From Octopus vulgaris (lineage: Eukaryota), in NCBI GenBank assembly GCA_951406725.2, contig OX597821.1:102320001-102444000 (forward strand): a DNA stretch of 124,000 bases, in the 5' to 3' direction. The translations under genes were made by a program, and so were the position numbers. How positions within the stretch are numbered: position 1 is the stretch's first letter; every line of letters starts with the position of its first letter. Under the pieces are notes generated by a model. The model saw only the letters and a program-made list of their open reading frames with translations. It was not told where the DNA came from and did not search any database. This document shows, piece after piece, positions 51,706 through 66,100 of this stretch.

Positions 51706-54700
51706 TAAGTGCCTAAACCAATTAGCAAAAGCATGGCAAAACTCTCAGATTATACTGATAGCTGTGGTGAGAAAAATTGAGTTCTGGAAATGCTATGCTG
51801 TGGGTTCTCCGCCCATTACAGAGACTCTCTCCTCCAGCCTCTTTCCCCCTTCCTCTGGCTCCTACAGACTACCCAAGCATGTCATATCCTCACCACCACC
51901 CTATGACTGTATCATCTTTACCCCTCTTGTGGCTTGCTACCCTAAAACTTCTGCACCTCTCTATCTTCCCCATTCCATCATTCTTGTTTCAACCTGTCAA
52001 CCCTATCCATTTTGGCAGTCTGCCTCTCCACCACTCATTCTCCTTCCCATACAATTTTGCAAACCAACCGCTCACCTACCCACTTCTACTTAGCTTGTAA
52101 CTTGTGGGGTCTCCTAGGGACCTCATTACCATTATCTATATTTTGCAACTCTTCTTTTTCTCTCTCCCATTTTCCCCTACTAGTTCTCAGTAGTTATAAA
52201 AATCCATCTACAGGAACCTACCCTGTCCCATCACACAGTATTCCCCTCATCCTCTAGCACAAAGATGACTTCACCTCCAGGGTTTGTAGTCCTGCAAAAT
52301 GCATGGCAATCTCAATAGTACAGGTGGTATGGAAAAAACCCTTCAAAGTGGTGCCTCAGCCTGGCCAGTCTAATGAATGAAACAAAGTCAATGTTTCATG
52401 CTTATGCAAAATCCCATTTCAATCCCATTTTAACATCTCACGGAAGAAGGTAATTATGATAGAACTGATGGTTCTGTGAGAAGATGGGCATGAGGAAACT
52501 TCAAAGAGAGAAGCTATTATGTGCCAGAATCTGGTCCAACAACGAAGAGAAAAAGGTTGGATATTCTGGTTATTTCCAGTTGAAGCTGGATGCAGGAGGT
52601 TCCCAGCACAGTCTGTTGGAAAATGTTGACAGTTGTGGGAATGGTAAGAAGGGAAAGGATGATAGCTGCTCACAGGTTGGGGGACGAAGCACAAAGAGGA
52701 CCATGCTGGTGCTGGAGCAAGCAGGAAGAGTTGAGCTGAAAGGCAGGTGAACAGTGACTGCCCAATTATTGCTGACCCACAATAAGAGGGTGTTGTGGCT
52801 TCGAGTTGAAATGTCTAAGGAAAGCTGGACACAACTTGATGACACTCTGGGTCCAAAGCGACAGTTGTGGGTGTATGACTTATTCTGTTGGTATTTCTAG
52901 TGGATGTATCTAACAGTAAATCTGTGTGTGTGACATGATTGATCAGACTATCGGATGTCGTTATACATTGCTGGTCACAATGTACTTTGCATCATATTAG
53001 CTTTTGAATGACGCTACCCTGCTGATATCAATATTACACCTGATCTAAGATGGTGAGCTGGCAGAAACGCTAGTACGGTGGGGGAAATGCTTAGTAGTAG
53101 TTCATCTGTCTTTATATTCTGAGTTCAAATTCCTCTGAGGTCGACTTTGCCTTTCATCCTTTCGGGGTCGATAAATTAAGTACAAGTTACGTACAAGAGT
53201 TGATCTAATCAACTGGCCACCTCCCCCAAAATTTCAGGCCTTGAACCTAAAGTAGCAAAAGAATATTACTCCTGATTGTAAGGCTTATCCATCACTGGGT
53301 TACCTATTTACAGCTGATGGGATTGGAGCAGAGTGAAATGAAGTGTTTTGCTCAAGAATCCAATGTGCAGCTGGTTTGGGAATTAAAATCATGATCTCTC
53401 TTAACCACTAGGCTATGTAGGCATGGCTGTAAGGTAAAAAGTTAGCTCCCCAACCATATGGTTCTGGGCTCAATCCCACTATGGCCAAGTGTCTTCTACC
53501 ATAGTCTCGAGCCAACCAAACCCTTGTGAGTGGATTTGGTATTTGGAAACTGAAAGAAGCTCATTATACATTTGTGTGTGTGTGTGTCCTGCAATACTGC
53601 TTGATAACTGGTATTGGTGTGTTTACATACCCGTACAAAAGAGACTGACAAAGTAAGTATCAGGCTCAGATAAAAAAAACAAAAAAACTATGGGGTTAAT
53701 TTGGTTGATTAAGATTCTGGCCAGTAAAAACATAAAACATAAAAGACTATATATATATATATATATTTATATGACACACATGCAGACACAGAGGAATTGT
53801 TGCTTATTACTTCTCCTCATCGATTATTTCACAGTGAAACTAAATGTAGATGCATATGACACTATTTAATTATTCATCCTCCACACAATATAGATTATCT
53901 TGTAACAATTGTTGGATTTGTTAACCTTTCATCAACTAAAAGGGAAATTTCAATTAATTATGTTTGTATACTGTTGCAGTGTGGTACGAAGCTTGCTTCC
54001 CAACCACACGGTCTCGGGTTCAGTTCCACTGTGTGATACCTTGGGCAAGTGTATTCTACTATAGCCTTAAGCTGACCAAAGAATTGTCAGTGGATTTAGA
54101 CAGAAACTGATAGATGACCATGTGTGTGTGTGTGTGAGTGTGTGTTACTGTCTCCTTGCCTTGATTATATGTGACAACTGTAAATGAATGTCAATGTGAT
54201 GCAAGCAGCATGCTTCATTTCCAATCTATGAAAGTAATGTTTAGGGATATATTACCTAGCTTGAAAACATGTGAGAGTTAGCGATAGGAAAGGTATCTGG
54301 TGGTAGAAAATCCGCCCCATGCAAGTGCAAAAAAAAAAAAGGACGTTAAATCGATGATGGGCGCAGGTAAAGGACATGGACTGCACCCCCTTTCGGTTAT
54401 TTATTTATTTTTTTTCTACAGAAACCCACTTTTTCAACTGTGGAGATTCCGAATCTGAAAAAAAAAAAAAAAAAAGGCATCACGTTTTCTAAATTTTAAT
54501 TTCTCCCACCCTTTTTTTTCCTTTACCAGAGGGAAAACTAACATTTTGAAAACGTGTTTTTGGGGTTTTAAAAATCTTCAGTTTTTAAGTATGCTCCAAC
54601 AGGAAAGTCCGACAAGCTAGAAACAACAGCCAAACTTAAGATCCACTTTCTAAATATGAATTACCAAAAGACCCTCAACCACAACGTTTACTTTCTGTCA

Positions 54701-56098
54701 CAGGTGCGCTGACGGAGTGGAGGGGTGTTTATTTATTTATTTTAGAAAACTTTAAATTTTACAAAATTTTCTGTAGCAAAAAAAAAAAAAAATTAAATAA
54801 ATAAAAAACGAAAAGGGGTGCAGTCCTTTACTTCCGTCCGATGACGATTACTCCATAGCTTATTTGTCAAAATACATGCAATTAGCTCATTTGAATTTCC
54901 GCCCCGCCTTTAGTCGAGTAAATCGATCCCAGGACTTATTCTTTGTAAGCCTGGTACTTATTCTATCGGTCTCTTTTGCCGAACCGCTATGTTACGGGGA
55001 CGTAAACACACCAGTATCGGCTGTTAAGCGATGATGGGGGGGGGGCAAACACAGACACACACGCATATATATATATACATATATACGACGGGCTTCTTTC
55101 GGTTTCCGTCTACCAAATCCACTCACAAGATTTTGGTCGGCCCGAGGCTATAGTAGAAAACACTTGCCCAAGGTGCCACGCAGTGGGACTGAACCTGGAA
55201 CCGTGTGGTTCGTAACTTATCACACACCCACTCCAACTCGATAAAATTTTTAAATTTTGCTACTTTATCCCAACATATTAAGAAGGAAGTGTGAAGAGGG
55301 ATCTTGATGAGCTGAAAAGACAAGTGAAGCCAGTCAGTGCAATCAACATCCAAAGATGCCGAAAAGATTCACATGGACGAGTCCGTATATCTGTTTTTGA
55401 CAAGTGTAATTAAGAGGAACCAGTTCACCGTTTACACCGGTAAGACTTAATTCTAGTTACACTTGTCATCTAGTAATCAATGAGTTCGTTTTCATGGCAA
55501 TTGGAACGTTTTCTCTGCAAGGATGGCCACGAAGATAAGAAAACTGCAACCAACTCTTTCTCTTGCACTACTACGGCTTAAAAACGCAATCGAGCTGAAT
55601 TGCTAGAAACAGCAGACAAATTTTCCCTATCATCCACCCTTATTGACTAGCAAGAATACATTCGCGAATGCAATCCTATATTGTGTCTCAAAAAGCTGGT
55701 TGGATGGTCACAACAGGAATTGTTTTGATCAGGGACGACATGGGGTTAAACATCAACAGCAAACAAAAGTGAATTTCAACGGTTAATAAAAAGAAAAAGA
55801 AACCCGATGTTTCCTTTCCTCTGATAATAAGCTTACTATTTTTTTTTTTTAATTAACAAGTGTATGTTAATAAATAAAAATGCCAAATTAAATTTGACTT
55901 ATGTTAAGTAATTCTACAAAGAGGGAAAATGGTAAAATATAAGGTAAATCTGGATGTATGACAAAAAAATAACGTGAAACTAAAATAACATGGACCTACT
56001 ATAACTTTAAAAAAAACAATACACATACACAAGTCAAATAGGTAGCCCTTACGAGGATTCTCGAAGTACTAAAAACCCCAGCAAATATCCCTCTAAAC

Positions 56099-56412
56099 CA
56101 GGGGTTCTCAACCATTTCTTTTTATCTTTGATTAGTATTTTATTCTGGTGGACCCCCATAGACATTTGATGTTTGACTAGTTTCATAGGAACTTCTTTAA
56201 ACATTTTCATTTTGTTTTTCACACATTAACTTGTGTAAATTGAACAATGTAAAATGTTAGAGAAAAAAACCTAGCTATTTCTTGCAATACATATCAATAC
56301 ACACATCTAATGCAAAGTTTTTTTCAGGGGCCCTTAAAATACTATTGTGGAGCCCCAGTTTACAATTTTGGACTCCCAACAATTTTGTATGGATCCCGGT
56401 TGAGAACCACTG
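56099..56412. mobile_element. hAT-type MITE
   Basis: TIR caggggttctcaacc / ggttgagaaccactg with 8-bp TSD ctctaaac/ctctaagc. Relatives at about 40300-40572, 80086-80427, 45700-46002 and 89870-90210. Confidence 0.85.
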
Positions 56413-59400
56413 CTCTAAGCACACTCTTAGTTAAGAAAACGTGTAGCCCCAACATACACAAACATACAAATGGGATGGTCAAGGCTGGGACGGCTTTGAT
56501 TAAAATTAGGCCTGCTCGATCAGGGGTGATGGTGGTGGGAGCTAAATAACAATAACAATTTTGTCTTACCTGAATTCATTTTCCCAAAACGGAAATATAT
56601 ATAACTTTCGGTAGTGGTTGGTGGGGGCGGGGAACTTACGTTTTTAGCTTTATCTTCTTTCGTTAGAAAATTAAATTTAAGAAGAAAATATCTTCAAATC
56701 CTGCCTTTTAAGTGAGGCTTTAAAAATGCTGTGAACATATACTTTCCCCATAATCACTTCATTTGCAGAAGCAAACAAATAAAACATTATCTCGAACTTA
56801 ATACCCGCAGACAATATATATAAATATGAATATAAAATATATAAACAATTAAACAACGTGAAGGGAAAATATGTAAACAAACAAAACAGCAAGAAAAAAA
56901 AAAAAGAAACCAACAAAAAACAAAACAAACAAACAAACAATAAATAAATAAATAAATAAAAAAAATTAAACAAAACCTCAACTTGCGATGTGACTGGAGC
57001 AGAAAGCGAACATATTCTAGGAAGAGAGAAACGAGTGAAAGGTTGGGGGTGTGGAGGAGGAGGAGGAGGAGGACATGTGTGTGTGTGTGTGTGTGTCTTT
57101 TCTCTTGACAGCTTGATTAATTATAAATGACCAGAGAGAGAGAAAGAGAGCGTGTGTGTGTGTGTGTGTGGCTAAAAGAAGCCGTCGGCTAACGATACAA
57201 CAGTCACTTTAATGATGGAAAAAGCGTTGTGTGTATGTATATATACACACACACACACATACATACATACACACTTCTGTGTGTAAGCAGACGGGACGAT
57301 TCTGCTGGTGTGAGCGAGATATTTGTGTGTGTGTACATGCGAAGGAGGTAAGCTAATATACACAGCATGGTGTGTTTACATGTTTCGTGGTATGTGCGTG
57401 CCCATCACTACTTTCATTGGACTTGTTAAAAGTTTTACTTTTTCTCTGTGTATATATATATATATATATATGCGTATATTTGATCGTGTATACTGCGAGA
57501 GGTATTTATGTATGTATGTATGGTCATGTGCATATATATACATTCTAGTTGTATATTTGCGATGTCTCTTCTTTTTTTCTACCCACCTTGCTTTCTCATT
57601 CATCCATTATACGACCATATGTGTGAACCCGTTAATAATGGCGTGTGTACATGTGATACATATCTTTAAGGTGTGCCACTTAACCTCTCACCCCGACTCT
57701 GTCTTTCTGGTATGTGCGTTTATGTTACCGAGCGATGTGTATATATATATATATATATGTGTGCGCGTGTGTGTGTACATATACATCTATGGTATGCATG
57801 CCCTTGAGGAAGCCCATCCTCCCAACCCTCGTCTTTGCCCCCCTCTAAACCATCTTCCATCTCTCGGCGATATATGCGCACGTGTGTATTTTAAAGCTTG
57901 TGCGACCACTTCGCACGGTAATTCATGTCGGTATGTGATCATGACTGTTTTCTCCATCAACCAGTCTGACAAGTTAAACACACTCTCACGCACGTACGTA
58001 CATGCGTATACATACACATACACACAGCTATCCGGCAGTGAAATAGAGAAAGTTTAAGAGGAATATGCAAATATGTTAAATTAGTAAATAATAAAATTAA
58101 ACTGACTAAAAACTACACCACCCTTTCCCTCTAACACATGCACGCACACACACACATACATGAGTAAGTGAACAAGCGAAAGAAAGTAGCACTCAAAACA
58201 TTTGAAAGAGTCACATATACTTTAAATCTGTTTGCCGGCATCTGTTGAGATGGATCTCACCTACGCGTCCACGAAACTTAAGTCATGTGGAGCCGAGCAA
58301 AACCCGTGTCTGCCACGCGGGCGTGTTTTCTGTATATCTGTACATAAAGACGACCAAATAGTCTTCAGGGCACGAAATGTTTGGGAGCAAGGGGGGGGGG
58401 GGGGTGCAGTCGATTAGATCGACTCTAGTACACAACTGGTACTTAATTTATCGACCCCGAAACGATGATAGGCAAAGTCGACCTCGGCGGAATTCGAACT
58501 CAGAACGAAAGTGGATCCCGTAAAGTCAGACGAAATACCTATTTCGACAAGGGCTAAACACAGAGAGGACAAACAAGGACAGACAAACGGATTAGGTCGA
58601 TTAAATCGACCCCAGTGCGTAACTGGTACTTATTTAATCGACGAAAGGATAAGTCAATCGAATTTGAACTCAGAACATAGCGGCAAACGAAATACCTATT
58701 TCTTTATTACCCACAAGGGGCTAAACGTACAGGGGACAAACAAGGACAGACATAGGTATTAAGTCGATTACGTCGACCCCAGTGCTTAACTGGTACTTAA
58801 TTTATCGACCCCGAAAGGATGAAAGGCAAAGTCGACCTCGGCGGAATTTGAACTCACAACGTAACGCAGACGAAATACCGCTAAGCATTTCGCCTGGCGT
58901 GCTAACGTTTCTGCCAGCTCGCTGCCTTAAGACGATCAAATATCAACTGAAGAGAGAAATGTGGTGTATAGGATTTATTTTTGGGCAAAAAATGGTTAAC
59001 AGTCAATAGGTCAGTCTTTGGAGGAACTTTGAAGTCATTTCTATGTAGAAAAGTAATGCCATGACTCGTTACGGGACCTCTGAGATTGGTGGTAAGCTTC
59101 ATCAAACTAGAGACCTGGCCTGGATATTAGTTGAGTGAACTCTACTAAAGGCATCCTGGGTACTCGGTGGTTTTTAACTGTTTGATGGATTAAGTCTTCC
59201 ATGCAAATGAACAATACTTTGATTTGAACTCAGAATGCAAGGATCCAGAACAAATACTGTAATGCATCTGGTCTGACAGTCTTAGTTCTGCCAATACACC
59301 ATCCTAGATTTGCACATTTTTTTGTGATGAGTATGGACAAGGGTAGCTAGGTAAAGAAGTGCCGATCTCTAACTGTGGAGGAAACCTGTGGAAGAGGTCA

Positions 59401-61594
59401 ACCCAGGAAGACAGTGAAGTATGATCTTTGAATGTTGAATCTCATGGAGTGATGACAAATGACTGAGACATTTGTTAATTTGCTGTGCTTGAGAAGGCAT
59501 ATCAAGAAAAATCATAGTTGTGGACGGTGTTGGTGACACGTAAAAGGCACCCAGCCATAGAAACCAAGCCAAAACAGACTGCAGCTTGGTGCAGTTCTTT
59601 GGCTTACTAGTTCCAGTCAAACCCTCTAAACCATGCCAGCATGGAAAATGGATGCTAAATGATGATGTGATTACACACAAACACATGACAAACTTACTCT
59701 CTTTTACTTGTTTCAGTCATTTGACTGTGGCCATCCTGGAGCACCGCCTTTAGTTGAGCAAATCGACCCCAGGACTTATTCTTTGTAAGCTTAGTACTTA
59801 GTTTATCGGTCTCTTTTGCCGAACTGCTAAATTACGGAGACGTAAACACACCCACATCAGTTGTCAAGTGATGTTGGGGTAGGGGGGGGGGGGCAGACAC
59901 ACAAACACACACACATATATATGTATATATATATACATATATATGATGGGCTTCTTTCAGTTTCCGTCTGCCAAATCCACTCATAAGGCTTTGGTCGGCC
60001 TGAGGCTAGTAGAAGACACTTGGCCAAGGTGCCACGCAGTGGGACTGAACCCGGAACCATGTGGTTTGCAAGCAAGCTACTTACCACACAGCCACTCTTA
60101 CGCCTAGGACTCGTTTTAGTTTCTATTTACTAAATCCATTCATAAGGCTTTAGTTAGCAGGACTATAGTAAAAGACTGGGGTGCCTTGCAGAGGCACTAA
60201 ATCCCAAACCATGAGGTTGTGAAGCAAACCTCTTAATCACACAGCCATACCTGCACCTATTCTCACAATATATGGATTAAGTAAAACTTAAAGAAAACTA
60301 GAGGAGTGGGGTGTGTGTGTGTGTGAAGGGAGAGGTGATTAACAAACATTACTACCACAAATATAGCTAAAACGAAAATGAAAAAAATGTCTTCAGTAAT
60401 GTGACAGTGGCAATAATAAAATTGGGTGGGTAGGGATCTCGCAGCCTGCCCTGTCCCTCCCTGTGTACAGCACATAAGTACAGGAATTCACATACGATGA
60501 CCCATGAATGTCACCACACTCACAGAGGTACAGAATGTAGTATAGTCAACAAAAGGAAGACCGTCAAATAACAGCAGAGCACTCAATGACAGAATGTTTT
60601 TGTTTTAAAATTAAGAATATGTCAGTTGTTTATAAAAAATATATTTTGGAATTGCAATGAAGACTATGTCTTATGTTATAAAACTCTGACATTTAAATCA
60701 CAACAAGCTACAAGAAGGACCAACAGACAAGCTTCTGCAAGGCTACACAGCCCAACAGAGATGCTGGGGCAACACCTTGAAGGGTTTTAGTTGAACAAAT
60801 TGCCTCTAGTATTTGTTTTATTTAAATTTTGGTACCTATTCTAGCAGTCTCTCTTGCTGATCTACTAAGACACAGGGAAGTAAACAAACCAATATTGATT
60901 GACAAGAGAGGGGAGAAGTTGGCAAACAGACAGAAAGACAGACACACACACAAACTGCAGGCTTCTGTCTGCAAAATTCACTCACAAGGCATTGGTTGGC
61001 TGAAGGCTATAGGAGAACACACATATCCAAGGTGCTGCACAGTGGGAGTAAACTCAAAGCCATGTGGTTGCAGAGTGAGGCTATTATTTCTAGCAGAACG
61101 AACAACCACATAATAGTGCCCTTGGCTTGTATGTGTCAGACTTGTCACTATGGCTGTCACATAGCAGAGTCCAAGCAACAATAAACACATGTTGTCATTT
61201 ATTGGTTCCCTGGCAGCTGCTGAACAGCATAAATTCATTGATTTATGCTAAATAAATAAATATTAGCTTTTGTAATAACCTCATTCTCATCCAGTGAAGA
61301 AGCACCACTTATTATGCTAGTAAAAAAAAAAAAAAAAAATCCCTTTGATTATCCACAAAGCCCAAATTATTCTATAGCGTAAAGGTAAGGCTAACTGGAT
61401 CATTTATCCCGAATAGGTGCTGGTGTGGCTTTATGGTAAGAAGCTTGCTTCCCAACCACATGGTTTCAGGTTCAGTCTCACTGTGTGGCACCTTGGGTAA
61501 GTGTCTTCTACTATGACCTTGGGCTACCCAAAGCCTTGTGAGTGGATTTGGTAGAAGGTAACTTAAAGAAGCCTGTTGTGAGTGTGTGTGTGTG

Positions 61595-61653
<59 letters not shown>

Positions 61654-61879
61654 TGTTGCTATAATGCAAAAGTGTTGTAAGTCCCAAATGTTACTTTTTC
61701 AGAAAACAAAAAAAGTTTCACTATTCTATAGCAAAACCATTGTATAAAACTTTGATAGTGTTCAATATCTTGGCATCTGAAGCAGTTGAGCAAACGAACC
61801 CGCTATTGCAAGCAAAATTAAATATTGAAAAAAAAAAAAAAGCGCATTTCACCTATTTGGACACAACAGTTTAACATAA

Positions 61880-63180
61880 TAGCAACTATATATATACATA
61901 GTTAAAATTTACAGAAAAACGAAGACAGGTGTATAAACAACAAGCAGGTGTATTAGTTTGACAATCGAGAAGGTGAAAAAGTCTTTTATGTTTCGAGCTT
62001 ATGCTCTTCAACAGAAAGGAACACGAGGAAATAAACAGAGAGAGAATTAAAAAAAACTTGTAGAGTTAGTCAATCATGGTGACTGGTTGGACAAAGGTGG
62101 TTAGACAGGAGAGCTAGGAAGAAGGGGAGATAATAAAGTACTGGTGATCCCCAAACGACAGTGCATGTGGATAGGAGCTGGTGACTTTGATGTGTGGATG
62201 TGTAAGTATGTGCATCTGTAATGTGTGGGTGTATGGATGATGGTGTGGGTGCTGGGAAGTGGTCAGTGCTAGTTTGTGCAGAGTGGTGTGTGGGGGTGAA
62301 TGGAGAGGGTATCAACGAAGGGAGAAGGTGAGTAGGGGTGAAGAGAGGAAAGGGAGTCAGATGAAAAGGGGAGGGGAGTTGAGCCCATGTGGTGCAAAGG
62401 AGCAAAGAGAGATGATTAATTCCTGTTCATGGCAAAGGCAGGAGTCTAGATGGCCCCAATACAAAGACAATACGAACACAGACAGATGTAATGAATGACC
62501 GGTAGAGCGGAAATGGCATGAGACCAGGGTGTCAATGGCGAGTCCAATGTCTTGGATGTGTTCTGTAAACTGGTCAGCCAAGTGTTGTTCCATTTGATTG
62601 GTATACAGTGAAGGACAGAAAGAGGAGATGCAGTAAATGACGTTGCTAGAAGTGCAGGTAAAGGAGTCTGATATGATAGGGGCAATGATGGGTGCCTGTG
62701 AGGATGGTGGTGTTGGAGAGGTAGGGGCAAGTGCAGCAGTGTGGGTGGGAGGAGGGGGTGAGGCAGGTTGGGAGGTGGGAATAGGGAGGAAACTGGACCA
62801 GGAGGCCACGTAGGTTGTGGGCTTGTTTGAAGGAGGGAAGGGGTAGGTCGGAGAAGATGTGCAAAGTGGAGGGGTTGGACTAGAGTCACCAGAAGGCTTG
62901 GAGATGGTGCGTTGGAGGGGAAGGGCAGAGGGGTGGTAGGTGAGGGGAAATGGGAGACAGGCAACAGCGGCGCAGATGTGAGCAGAGAGAGCAGAGGCAT
63001 GGTCCGTGGAATTCTGCCAAGCATCTTGCCAGGCATGATAACAATTCTGCCAGCTCTCCATCTTCAACTTAATCTTTTGATAAATTCGAGTGATGTTTCT
63101 CTGTCCATTATGTTTTTTTGTTCATTAACTCCTCCTAGAATGTTGGCGTAAAGACAACGAAACTCAGATCAGCAGTTTCC
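61880..63180 (-). mobile_element. Penelope-like element 3' part: GIY-YIG endonuclease, 3' region and terminal repeat with a hammerhead-like motif
   Basis: FTCTSSNVIYCISSFCPSLY...LADQFTEHIQDI...HFRSTGHS...EQELIISLCSFAPHGLN. Hammerhead-like motif at 61983-62019; abuts (TA)n. Confidence 0.9.
61983..62019 (-). ncRNA. Hammerhead-like motif with a variant core (CUGUUGA)
   Basis: CCTTT-CTGTTGA-A-GAGC(ataa)GCTC-GAAA-CA-TA-AAAG. Confidence 0.55.
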
Positions 63181-66100
63181 CTAATCCCAGAGAGTGTCCA
63201 AAGGGGGTCTATTATTTTAAGGGCCCTACTGACCCCACTATTTTTACTTCATTTTAAACTAAATATATGGTACTGGCGACTGAATCAGAGCAATGACAAT
63301 GAATTTCATACCATGAAATCCCAGGGAGGGCCATTTAACTAGGGCCCCACTGACCCCCACTTTTTTAATGCATTTCCCTTGCTACTACACTTATTGATTA
63401 AACTATGATCAGTATCAGTGCTTAGCACAATTGCAGAAATAAGTTTGGGCATTCTAAATACCTTCACACACATTCAAATTGAGATAAAGAGTTATAACAG
63501 GTATATTTCATGTGTAGCAGTGTGGATATGTATATTTTGTGGTTTATGATACTTATGTCTAGGTGGAAGACTAAATTTCCTGTTCCGGTTACAGTATCTC
63601 CCTAAAAAGTTGTAATAGAAGATAGAAGGAGATTGAGATGAAATGGATCCTATTCATTTTATCTCAATCTCATTTTAATATTTTTTTTGGAAATGATGAA
63701 GCGATGGAAAAATTATGATAGCAACATTTCACTTGCTTAGAACGAATGGAGGTTCAAGTTTAAAACTATGAAGCGAATTAATTACTATAGTGGATTTAGA
63801 AGCACATGTAACTCCGTGAAAGTGTTGCAAACTTTCAATGTGAGAATAAAAAAAAAAAAAACATAAACAAAAAAAAAACAAACATAGAAAATGGATACCA
63901 GAGGCCTTAAAGATGCCCTCCGCAGGATCTAGCCTGAATGCTGCTCGAAGGACGGCTTCAAATTTTGGGGGAGGGGACTAGTTGATTACATCAATCTCAG
64001 CGGAATCTGAACTCAGAACGTAGTGGTAGATGAAATACTGCTAAGCATTTTGCCAGGCGTGCTAATGATTCTGTCAGTTTGCTGCCTTTAATAATAGTAA
64101 TAATAATAATAATAATTGTTACAAATTTTGGCACAAAGTCAGCATTTTTAGCGGGAGGGGTTAGTTGATTAATTTTAATAAATAGGTGCAAACGTGGGTT
64201 TTTCGGTAAGGTTTGCTTCTCAGCTGCATGGTTCCCAGTTCAGTCCCACTGCGTGGCACCTTTGGAAAGTATCTTCTACTATAGCCACAGACCAACCAAA
64301 CCCTTGTGAGTGGATTTGGTAGACGGAAACTATAAGAAACTTGTCATATATACACATATGTGTGTGTGCGTCCCGTCCCCCACCTGACAAGTGGTGACGG
64401 CTTGTTAATGTCCCCTATTTCAGAGGTCTGGAAAAAGAAACAGGATATTAGGCTTAAAAATATATAATGGGTCAATCTGTTCGACTAAAACCCTTCAAGG
64501 CGGAGGCCTCAGTCATAACTGAAACAAGTAAAAGGGTGAAAAGGCGAAGTCACTCCCAGTCGAGTTTTGAACTGAGAAACCTAAGTGTCCCCTCACTCAC
64601 TTCCCACAACAACTACAAACGTTTTCTTACATAATTCCACACGATGCTGCTCAATTAATCGAGGAAATCTCATAACGTTTACTCTCCACTTAAGTTACAA
64701 GTTTCAATAAAAGAAAAAGAGAACAGAATAAAGGGAAGACACAGATTTGTGATTAATTACGAGTTGCTTCCCTTGTCCTCCATTTACTTTACAACATGGA
64801 AAAAAATGTGAAGTCGACGAGAGCGCGTCGACGTTGTTGAACTTGCTAGAAATAGCAACTAAAACTACCTTAAATCATTTTTTTTAACGTCTTAAAAATA
64901 TTATGTAGGATAATGTAATTCTGGTTTTCTAATGTACTTGAAGGTCTTATGTAGTCGTTCGACCAAGCTGAAATGAAAGTCAAATCACATCCTGCGCCTG
65001 TTTTTTTTTTTTTTATTTTAAAGAAAAACGGTGAAGGCAAAGAATACACATACCTGGTGTTTAGGGTTATGCCCAAAAACCGGTGGTGTGCGTATTCTTT
65101 ATTCCTCCGTGAAAAAAAAAAAAAAAAAAAAAAAAAACCCGAAGTAAGATTACATTAGTAGTCCTAGATATTCTGCCCGAGTAAAAGACGAAATAATCAT
65201 TACGACTAATATTACTGATGCGTTGCTTACAATGAGAATGATAGAGTCAAAATGCTATCAAACAAGAAGGGGCTTGACATAAGAATAAGAAAAGAAGAGA
65301 GAAAAAAATGTTATCTACAATAATAATTTAATATTTTGGTACAAGGGCACCCAATTCCGGAGGAGGGTTTAAGTTGATTACATCGACCCCCCCAGTGTTC
65401 AACTGGTACTTAATTTATCGATCATGAAAGGATGAAAGGCAAAGTCAATCTCAGCGGAATTTTGAACTCAGAACGTTAAGACAGATGAAATGTCGCTAAG
65501 CATTTTCCCCAGCATATTAAGCCCACTACCTTAATAATAATAATAATGATAATAATTTCCAATTCTGGCTCAAGATTAGCAATTTCAAGGGAGGGGGTAA
65601 GTCGATTACACCGACCCCAGTGTTCAACTGGTACTTATTTTATCGGCTCCAAAAGGATGAAAGGCAAAGCTGACCTCAGCAGAAATTTGCCTTTCATTTC
65701 TTCAGGGTCAACGAAATAAGTACCAGTGAAACAGTAATTGAGCTGTACTTTTTGGTTATCTCACCCCCATTAAAAATTTTGGGGTGAGATAACCAAAAAG
65801 TACCGAGCTGTAGTTGTCAGGTACATGGTTTGATCTGAGATCGTGCATTGAAACTGAAGTAACTGTACAAAGGAAGAGATATTTTAGTCATTTAACCCTT
65901 TTATTATCTGTATATCTTTTTATGTAATATATAATTGATTATAGGGTGGCAAGCTGGCAGAATTGTTAGCATGCTGGGCGAAATGCTTAACGGTATTTCG
66001 TCTGCCGCTATGTTCTGAGTGAAAATTCCGCCGAGGTCGACTTTGCCTTTCATCCTTTCGGGGTTGATTAAATAAGTACCAGTTACGTACTGGATCGATG

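Noticed and set aside
52419-52845. Three overlapping ORFs of about 90 aa in relatively GC-rich sequence
   Set aside because: No recognisable motif; probably a decayed retroelement fragment, not assignable.
57323-58057. 244-aa ORF, the longest non-TE ORF in the track
   Set aside because: Starts at GTG, is dominated by (TG)/(TA) repeats with Cys/Val/Tyr/Ile bias, and has no domain features.
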